DNA of 59,240 nt, the filler included, from Fonticula-like sp. SCN 57-25 (taxonomy: Eukaryota): assembly GCA_001724245.1 (NCBI GenBank). It is 8 parts of 8 records of this genome, joined end to end, with 100 filler letters (N's around TTAATTAATTAA, not from the genome) between each part and the next. Parts side by side here need not be neighbours in the genome. Positions count along the whole stretch, not along the records: positions 44,668 to 51,904 come from MEDX01000381.1; positions 52,005 to 59,240 come from MEDX01000382.1; 6 more parts are not named here. One strand, given 5' to 3'. The first letter of the stretch is position 1. The number at the start of each line of letters is the position of its first letter. The notes beneath the pieces are model-generated. The model made no database searches. It worked only from the letters and a program-made list of their open reading frames with translations, and was not told the origin of the DNA. Shown here piece after piece: positions 50,601-59,240 of this stretch. Made by a program: the position numbers and the translations under genes.

Positions 50601-51689
50601 AGAGTCGGAAATCTGGGCGGCCTCCTCGCGCTTGGACTCGGTGAAGGCAAGGTTACCCATGTGGAGGATACCCGAAATAATGCGCCAGGTGCTGTCGATC
50701 TCAGACTCGGTGAAGCCGATCGTCGCCATGGCGTCCTGGGTGTCCTTGAACTCGCGCGCATCATCGACCTGGTCGATGGTGTGCGTGCCCTCGAGGTACT
50801 TGTAGTTGCGAATGTTCTCAAGGAGGTACTTTTCGCGGTTGCTGTCGTCGCTGGTGGCGAGGAGCTGGTAGAAAATGTGGAAGCTGCGCTCGTTGGCGGC
50901 ATGGCGAACCACACGGTTCTTCTCCAAGAGGTAGTTGTCAATGTTGCAACCAACAATCTTGGCATCCGAGCCAAACTCGATGCGGATGAACTTGCCGAAA
51001 CGCGACGAGTTGTTGTTACGGATGGTCTTGGCGTTACCAAAGGCCTCGAGGAGAGGGTTGGTGAGGATAATCTGCTTCTCGAGCTGGCCGACCGACATGG
51101 ACTTGCCGTCCGAGCCGGAGGAGGTACCAGCGATCGAGGCGAGGTACTGGATCACCTTCTTGGTGTTCTCAGTCTTACCGGCGCCCGACTCACCGGTAAT
51201 AAGGAGCGACTGGTTCTCGCGCTCCTGGAGCATGTTGCGGTACGCCTCGTCGCACACGGCAAAGATGTGCGGCGGCAGCTCCTTTCTCTTCTTGCCCTTG
51301 TACATCTGGACGATCTCGTCGGTGTACAGGGGAATGCGGCGCCAGGGGTTGATCACAACCAAGAAAAGACCCGAGTAAGTGTAAATCAGGTTCGACTGGT
51401 AGCGGTCGCGCAGGTTGTGCAGAACGCTCGACTCGTTCAGGTGAATGAGCTCGGCCATGTCCTCGCACTTTTCATACTTGGGCGGGTTCATGGGCTCCAG
51501 CTCGTCCTGGTTGACGGTGCGCTCCTGGCCGTCGCCGGCCTTGACGGTCACCTTGCCGCCATCCTCCTTGGTGACGTAGACGGCAATGCAGCCCTCCTTC
51601 GGGTCAATGAGCCAGGTCCACTTCTTCTGAGCCCACGCGGCCTGCTTGAGCTCGAGTTGCTCCTGGGTCTTGGAACGCAAGACGTCCAT
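44668..51689 (-). CDS. Myosin II heavy chain, long-rod paralog; intronless, stop codon beyond the contig end
   Basis: N-terminal SH3-like domain, GESGAGKT, NNNSSRFG, DIAGFE, 2 IQ motifs, WPWWKL, coiled-coil rod of at least 1505 aa. Confidence 0.96.
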
Positions 51690-52014
51690 CTTTACTCAGG
51701 CCTCCTTCCTTCTTGTGCGAAAAGAATAGGCGACTTGAGAAAAAGTGGAGTTCCTCTTGCTGAACAAAGAGAAATAACAAACCAAGAAGTTGTCAAGAAG
51801 GATGCGGGTCGTCGTTCGCCCCGGCAGGTCCTCTTTTCCTCTTCTTTCCTTGTTCCCCAACAACAGTAAAAGGAAAAAGAGGAATTTTTTCTCCTTTTTG
51901 GTGCNNNNNNNNNNNNNNNNNNNNNNNNNNNNNNNNNNNNNNNNNNNNTTAATTAATTAANNNNNNNNNNNNNNNNNNNNNNNNNNNNNNNNNNNNNNNN
52001 NNNNTGCTTTTCAG

Positions 52015-55000
52015 ACAAGGAGAACCAGTCGCTCCTCATCACTGGCGAGTCCGGTGCCGGTAAGACTGAGAACACCAAGAAGGTGATCCAGTACCTCGCC
52101 GTCGTTGCCGGTACCTCGGGCACCACCCAGGGCCAGCTCGAGAAGCAGATTCTGCTCACCAACCCTCTCCTTGAGGCTTTCGGTAACGCCAAGACGATCC
52201 GTAACAACAACTCGTCGCGTTTCGGCAAGTTCATCCGCATCGAGTTCGCCTCGGACGGCAAGATTGTCGGTTGCCACATTGAGAACTACCTCCTCGAAAA
52301 GTCGCGCGTCATTCGCCGCGCCGACAACGAGCGCTCGTTCCACATCTTTTACCAGCTCCTCGACGGCGCCACTGCCCAGCAGAAGACCGACTTCCTCCTC
52401 GAGACCCCGCGCCAGTACCGCTACCTCAAGGGCGAGGCCAACATTGACGGCGTCGACAACAAGAAGGAGTTTGAGGAGACCCTCTCGGCCATGCAGGTCA
52501 TCGGCTTCACCGACGCCGAGCGCGACCAGCTCTGGTCGATCCTTTCGGGTATCCTGCACTTTGGCAACATGGAGTTTGTTGGCTCCAAGCGCGAGGACAG
52601 CGCCCAGATCAAGAATGTCGAGACCGCGGACAAGGTCTCGCACCTGTTTGGCATCAAGAGCGCCGACCTCCAGCGCTGCCTGCTCAAGCCGCGCGTCAAG
52701 GCCGGTCGCGAGTGGGTGACTGCCATGGTCACCGCCGACAAGGCCGAGTACAGCGTCGAGGCTCTCTGCAAGAGCATGTACGAGCGCATGTTCAAGTGGA
52801 TCGTTTCGCGCATCAACTCGACCCTCGAGACCCACGGCCGCGTGTCCACCTTCATTGGCTGCCTCGATATCGCAGGTTTTGAGATCTTTGATCACAACAG
52901 CTTTGAGCAGCTGTGCATCAACTTGACCAACGAGAAGCTCCAGCAGTTCTTCAACCACCACATGTTCGTGCTCGAGCAGGAGGAGTACATCCGCGAGGGC
53001 ATCGAGTGGAAGTTTGTCGACTTTGGCCTCGATCTCCAGCCCACGATCGACCTCATTGAGAAGCCCCTCGGTATTCTTTCCATCCTCGACGAGGAGTGCC
53101 TCTTCCCCAAGGCCTCGGACAAGTCCTTCATTGAGAAGCTCCACGCCCAGCAGGACGGCAAGCACGAGAAGTACCACAAGATCCGCCTGAACCCGGACAT
53201 GTTCCTTCTCGACCACTATGCCGGCTCTGTCCCGTACGAGACCGCCAACTGGCTCGACAAGAACAAGGACCCGATCAACGACAACGTTGCCTCGCTCCTC
53301 AGCAAGTCGACCAACCCGCTCATCGCCAACCTCTTTGAGGATGCCGTGTCCGAGGAGGACGGCTCCGTCAAGGCGCGCGCCGGCAAGGCCTCGACCTTCA
53401 TCACGGTCGCCCAGCGCCACCGCCAGCAGCTCAACGCGCTCATGACCACCCTTCGCGCCACCGTGCCGCACTTTGTGCGCTGCATCATCCCCAACGAGCA
53501 GAAGAAGGCCGGTATCATCGACGCCCCGCTCGTCCTCGACCAGCTCCGCTGCAACGGTGTGCTCGAAGGTATCCGTATCGTGCGCATGGGTTTCCCGAGC
53601 CGCCTTCCGTTCGCCGAGTTCAAGCAGCGCTACGAGATCCTCGCCGTCGGCGTCATCCCCAAGGGCTTCATGGACGGCAAGGTCGCCGCCGTCAAGCTGC
53701 TCGAGTCGCTCGCCATCGCCAAGGACAACTTCCGCATCGGTAACAGCAAGGTGTTCTTCAAGGCCGGCGCCATCGCCGAGCTCGAGGAGCGCCGTGACGA
53801 GCGCCTGAGCCAGCTCATCTCTGGCTTCCAGGCCGCCTCGCGCGGCTACCTCGCGCGCCGCCGCTTCCGCCGCCAGCACGGCAAGGAGGAGGCGATCAAC
53901 GTCATCCAGAAGAACGCGCGCGTCTTTATCGAGCTGTACCAGTGGAGCTGGTGGAAGCTGTACCGCCAGGTCAAGCCTCTGCTCGGCGTCCACCGCACCG
54001 AGCAGGAGCAGAAGAAGCTCACGGACCGCATCAAGGAGCTCGAGGCCGCCCTCAAGAGCGAGGAGGCTCTCCGCGCCGAGCTCGAGGCCAAGGTTGCCAC
54101 CCTTGCCAAGGAGCACGAGACGTCGCTGACCGACCTTGCCACGGAGCGCGAGGCGCTTGAGGAGACTGTGCAGTCGCTCAAGAACCTCGAGGAGAAGCGC
54201 GCCAAGCTGCAGGCGATGCTCAAGGACAATGAGAAGCTGCTCGAGGAGGCTGACGAGGAGAACGCCCGCATCGACTCGACCAACAAGCGCCTCCAGGAGG
54301 AGATCAAGGGCCTCAACGCCAAGCTCGCCGACGACACTGAGAAGCGCGCCGCCATGGAGGAGGTGCGCAAGCAGAACCAGGTCGAGCTCGAGCAGGCCCG
54401 CAACATGTTCAACGCCGAGAAGGAGAAGCTCTCTGGCGACCTCGAGAACGAGCGCCGCAAGCGCGAGCAGGCCGTCGCCGAGCTGCGCGGCCAGCTTGAG
54501 GCTGCGCAGAGCTCGCTCGAGCGCGCCCGCAAGGAGGCCAAGAACGCGTCGGCCAACAATGACGAGATGAGCGCCTCGCTCGCCGCCGCCGAGCAGGGCA
54601 AGCAGTCGGCCGAGACGGCCCGCCGCAACCTCGAGCGCGACCTGCAGGACGCCCAGAACGAGCTGCGCGTCGCCAACGCCAAGCGCCAGCTGCTTGAGGA
54701 CAGCAAGAAGGAGCTTGACGACAAGATTGCCGCCATGAACCAGCGCCTCGACGAGGCCGAGGCCAGCAAGGCCGCCGTCGGCCAGGCCAAGGCGAGCCTC
54801 GAGGAGGAGCTTGAGGAGATGCAGAAGCAGGTGTCGGACGCCAACAAGGCGCGCGCCGCCGCTGACCAGCAGCGCAAGTCCGTCGAGACGCAGCTCGGCG
54901 ATGCCGACACGCGCCTGCGCGCCGAGGAGGCGCGCCGCAAGGAGGCCGAGATCAAGGTGTCGACCCTCGAGGCTCAGCTCGAGGACGCCACCGACAAGCT

Positions 55001-55203
55001 CAACCGCGCCGTCGCCGCGTCGGACAACTCGCTGCTCGAGGCGCTCCGCGCCGAGCGCGCCAAGAACGCCGCCCTCGAGGAGAAGATCCGCTCCGAGACG
55101 GCCCGCCGCCTCGCTGCCGAGGAGCGCTACGCCCAGGAGCAGGCCCGCAACCAGGACGTTGACGAGCGCGTTCGCCAGATCCGCGAGATCCTCCTCCGCT
55201 AAG
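52015..55203 (+). CDS. Myosin II heavy chain, short-rod paralog; 5' partial
   Basis: Begins after acceptor ttttcag; same motor and IQ motifs, WSWWKL; 408-aa rod, then TAA and an AT-rich 3' region. Confidence 0.95.
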
Positions 55204-55458
55204 ACGGTGGTGAGTTGTTCGTTTCCTTTTCAGGCTGTTGTAGTAGGCGAGAGGGTTATTGAAAATTGGCAAAATATAGTAGCGTGTTTTTACTCAAGCA
55301 GGAGCCTGTACACCATCTGTCCATTCTAAGCGCAGCATAGTAGAGAGAGTTTGTCTTATAGTTTCGTATCACAGTCTAATGTCCAATGTTTTTCCAATGC
55401 ATTTTTGCTAAATTCACCATAAGCATCTATCGTGACACAACATCGCGGGCGTTGCGGC

Positions 55459-57015
55459 ATGGAGACATTTCCGACGTTGCTGGGGATATTCTTTGCTGAA
55501 TTCCACCCTGTTCAGGGGCCCAAAGTGACATTCCAGGCACCCGAAGGGCTCTTGAAGAACGACACATTTGAGAGCATCTCGGATTATGTCATTCCGAAGC
55601 CTCAACTGTGCGGCCGGTTGGTGACCCTGTACGCGCCATCCCACCGCCCACCGCCCTTCTAACCGCGCCTTGCTTTCCCCACAGGCACGTAGACGACCTC
55701 AAGGTCATTGGGTACCCTGTCATAATTGAGAACCAGCGGTACCCCCGCAATGCCATGATCTTTAATCTCGGCATGATCTTTGAGGCGAATGCCGATTCAC
55801 GGTGCTTTGAGCCTGTCGTTCGCAAGCTTGCCAAGACGCTGCGCACAGTCGAGGTGCGCTTTCGTTGTCGCACTCTTCTTTTTGTGTACTCATTTGGCTC
55901 TCTTTGCAGCTTGAGTCTGACTTTTTGTGGAATGTGACGACCAAGGCCCAGCTTGAAGGCGTTCTTGAGCAGCTCCTGTCGGATCTGAACGCCTTTCGCG
56001 AGTGCCAGATCCCCTTCAGTGCGCCCTTTTCCTCCGCCTTTGACCGCCTTTCTCACGCTGACGCGCCGCAGCCCGCGAGAACGCCGTCAATGTAAAGCTG
56101 TTTCCGATCTTTGAGGAGCCGCCGACCGTGTACGACGAGTCGGTGCCCGTGCCGCTGATCGACCTGCAGCAGTTTCTCTGCCGCGACTGGGACATGACCA
56201 TGGGCCGCGTGCGCCTCTTTTCCTCCTTTTCTTTTGCCATGTGCTTACAAAGCGGCTTTTGCAGGTGATCCCGCTGATCGACGGGTCCAACTACACCAAG
56301 CGGATCGCCGATCAGGCCGATGTCGATCTTGAGCTCGCCCGCAAGGCCATCCAGCATCTCGTGTGCGTCGCTTCTCATTTTCATCAACCGCACTCTAACC
56401 TTGTTATATTCACCAGTTATTATGGCTGTGTGCGGCTTGTGGACGTGTTCCAGTACACAAACACGTACGCATGCACATCGCGGATCAGCAAGCTCGCCAA
56501 TGATGCGCACCTTCAGGAGCAGTGCTACAAGTTTGTCGTCAACCGAGGTGCGCTTTTTCGCCTTTTTTGCTGCTGCTGAGCGTCGCTGCAGACGCGGTTG
56601 ACGTCCAGTTCACGTCCATCTTTACGCTGTACTGCGCACTGCGGCACGGCCGGACGGTCACCGAGGTGCTCGCGACACGAAAGGCGCTCGCCGCTCAGAT
56701 CGACGTGAGGTGCGCCGCCGACACTTTTCTTGTAAAGATTGCTCACTTTTTTGTGTTCCGACGGCACTTTTTGTGTATTTTAGAAAGTTTATTCTGTTTG
56801 GCGTCTTTCACGACTTTCTGCGCATCGTCAACCGGCATCTCGTCAAGGCGCCCGGATCGCCCGAGGTCGAGGCGATCGCGGCGCCGCTGCGGCGGTTCCT
56901 TGCGGGCGGCGCGGCGAGGACGATGAACCAGGTGTGCACGGCGCTCTCGTACGCGGCGTCCGAGATCGAGGACGTCATCGAGGCCGACCCAAACATCCGC
57001 GTCCTCTACAAGTAG
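55459..57015 (+). CDS. NPRL2: GATOR1 subunit NPRL2, 7 introns
   Basis: IFFAEFHPVQGPKV, YVIPKPQLC, YPRNAMIFN, WDMTM, FQYTNTY. Confidence 0.95.
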
Positions 57016-57234
57016 ATGATCGGGCATGGTGGTTGTTGTATTTTTAGATGTACCGATAGAGATGCGTGATGCATCATGTAAATTGTACTGCTGTGTTGTA
57101 TAATAAACGTGTGACTATACTGAATATGCCTGTGAATATTCGTGTGAAATGAACGTGTACTGCGTGTCGATGCTCATGCCTGCCACACTTCAAAACAAAG
57201 ATTCCATTGGTCTATAGTACAAGTGGCGAGGCGA

Positions 57235-57678
57235 TCAGTTCTTGCCGGTCGAGCCAAAGCCGCCGGCGCCGCGCTCGGTGTCGTCGAGGTCCTCGACCTC
57301 CTTGATCTCGGGGGTCAAGATGCGCTCGAGGATGAGCTGCGCGACGCGCTCCTTGGGCTTGACCACGTAGTCGACATCGGAAAAGTTGAAGAGGACAACG
57401 CCGACGTTGCCGCGGTAGTCGGCGTCAATGACGCCCGCGCCGCAGTCGAGGAAGTGCTTGACGGCGAGCCCGCTGCGGGGCGCCACGCGACCGTAGCAGC
57501 CCTCCGGGACGGCGATCGACAGGTCGGTCGGGACGATGGCCTTGCCCTTGGCGGGGACGACCGTCTCGACGGCGCTGTACAGATCATAGCCCGCGCTGAG
57601 GGGGGTGCCGCGCGTGGGGATGGTCGCGTTCTCGGAAAGACGCTTCACAAGAAGCAGGATCTCACCGGTAGAAGACAT
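57235..57678 (-). CDS. DUT: Trimeric dUTPase, intronless
   Basis: Motifs [32 protein letters not shown]. Confidence 0.97.
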   Translation of the reverse strand: MSSTGEILLLVKRLSENATIPTRGTPLSAGYDLYSAVETVVPAKGKAIVPTDLSIAVPEGCYGRVAPRSGLAVKHFLDCGAGVIDADYRGNVGVVLFNFSDVDYVVKPKERVAQLILERILTPEIKEVEDLDDTERGAGGFGSTGKN

Positions 57679-57748
57679 GGCACGCCGCTTGGTCATTACA
57701 GAGTCGCACAAAGGAGCAAAGAAAAAGTGCGCGCGCGCTTTTTTGCAT

Positions 57749-57760
57749 TTTGGCGGGAAA
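57749..57760. promoter_or_regulatory. Consensus E2F site TTTGGCGGGAAA upstream of dUTPase
   Basis: Exact TTTCCCGCCAAA on the DUT sense strand, about 70 nt before the ATG. Confidence 0.6.
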
Positions 57761-57874
57761 TAAAGTCGGGGGTGAGTCGCATGCGACAAATCAATCCCGA
57801 AGTTGGATCGCGATCGAGCACGAAGGTTCGCCACGTTTTCCTCCACCTCGGCAGCAAGCAGTGACATTGAAAAA

Positions 57875-58408
57875 ATGGCCGCCGCGCTCAAGAAGTCCTT
57901 TGGTACGCGATCCGCACGAGGCCCGCGCGCGTAATGCGCGCTTTCAGCCATGTAGCATGCATTTTTCTTTGCGTTTTCCTTCTTTTCTTTTCTCTTTGCT
58001 TTGTTTTCCTTCATCTTCACTCGCTTGATGCTAACGAGGGAACACTTTTGCGCAGCGCCCATTATCAACGCGGCGCAGCTCGCCTTCCACCTCGGCAAGG
58101 AGGTCGCCGTCCGCGAAAAGTTCGCCCCGAACGTCGGCGCCTTTGGCCCCGCCGTCGGCGAGTTCGTCAAGGCCTCCAAGAACGCCATCAATGTCAAGCA
58201 TGTGCGTTCTTTCCTCGCTGGCTCTCTTTTAATGTGTTGCTCACATGGCCGCCTTGTGCTCTACTCTGTGCAGGTTTCCAACTTGACCATGCGCGACCTT
58301 GCCGTCCGCGCCGTTGTGTTCGCTGAGGTTCTCGGTTTCTTCACCCTCGGCGAGATCATTGGCCGCCGCAGCCTCGTCGGCTACAAGGTCGGCTCTGTGT
58401 CGCACTAA
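57875..58408 (+). CDS. ATP5MG: Mitochondrial ATP synthase subunit g, 2 introns
   Basis: C-terminal [21 protein letters not shown] signature. Confidence 0.9.
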
Positions 58409-58528
58409 GCCGTCGTGCGGTAGATGTTGCTGTTCCTCGCCTCTTTTTTTTCTTGTCTATTATATCAATGTTTCTAATATAAAACCTCGGCTGTACGCCC
58501 CGCTGCTCTATGCGTGCTCTGACGCGTG

Positions 58529-59240
58529 CTACGCCTGCTTGCGCCTCGGGGCGCCATCGTCGACGTCGCGCTGCAGCGCCTTTGCGACGAGCTCGCTCGC
58601 CGTTCTCCTCGTCGCGTTCCAGCGGCGCTCGTCGAGCGGCCCGCCGCTTCGCGCGAGCGTCGGCGAGTCGCCCTGCTGGTTGCCCTCAAACATGGCGATC
58701 TTTGCCTCGTACTCGTACTTGCGCAGGATCTCGCGCACGTTGAGGGATGCCGGCTCGATCACGCGCATGATGATGAGCATGAACGCCGCAAAGATATGCT
58801 CGGCGGCGATCACGCCGGCCCAGCGCCACGGCACCGACACGCCTGCGCATCACAGTCAGAGACGCACAGCAAACCATGAATAAATGCGCACCCAGGGCGT
58901 CGAGCCGATCTGCGGCCGGTCCAACAAAAAATGCCATTGCGACGTTGAACACGGCGGCGATCATGACGAGAATGCTCAAAAAATCGGTCCACGGGCCGAT
59001 TCCCGACACGCGCCACGGCGTCGCGCGGCGCTGGTTGAACGTCATGCTGGCCGCGTGCGCGCGCAGGTCGACGAGGCTGTTGACCATGGCCACGAGGGCC
59101 GCTAGCGGCCACAGCCCGCCAAAGATAATCACAAGGCCAAACTGCATGACGGCCACAGTGTAGATCTCGGTCTGGTCAAATTCGGGCAGGCGCGCCTCGG
59201 GGAGAACGCGCTGCAATAGCCTGAATGCATCGGTGAGCAG
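58529..59240 (-). CDS. Anoctamin/TMEM16 family protein, C-terminal part; 1 intron
   Basis: QFG..F...WPLA, QRR..P.RVSGIGPW, AAEH. Confidence 0.85.

Noticed and set aside
44790-51869. 2359-aa antisense ORF; also 736-2634, 52011-54116, 24968-26152 and many alternate-frame Arg/Ser/Pro-rich ORFs
   Set aside because: Shadow ORFs produced by strong GC-rich codon bias on the real coding strand; no protein-like motifs.
44668-55203. Two myosin II genes apparently head-to-head
   Set aside because: They lie on different contigs separated by an artificial spacer; contigs appear length-sorted, so linkage is unknown.

Overview
Eukaryotic nuclear DNA, not prokaryotic. Eight unlinked ~7.2-7.6 kb contigs are joined by artificial N44-TTAATTAATTAA-N44 spacers. 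The genome is GC-rich and gene-dense, uses the standard code, and has many short spliceosomal introns with CTRAC-type branch points. Myosin II, MICU1, FNIP, NPRL2 and ATP synthase subunit g suggest an amorphean/obazoan protist (inference). About 27 protein genes could be assembled by hand. Most notable observations: (1) about 80 of ~84 inferred 5' splice sites have C at +4 (GTRCGY) and none has the usual A; (2) two myosin II paralogs, one with an extra-long rod and one mini-myosin lacking exactly one 196-residue rod repeat plus the distal assembly region; (3) a ~335-bp AT-rich, hairpin-dense segment between 9-bp direct repeats that accounts for the one out-of-order contig length; (4) a CUE-like domain inside the Vps36 GLUE domain; (5) a plant-type topoisomerase VI accessory protein BIN4 homolog; (6) a TMEM16 with a degenerate Ca2+ site; (7) a NUDT12 with apparent mitochondrial and peroxisomal signals. 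All exon structures and family calls are manual motif recognition; no searches were run.
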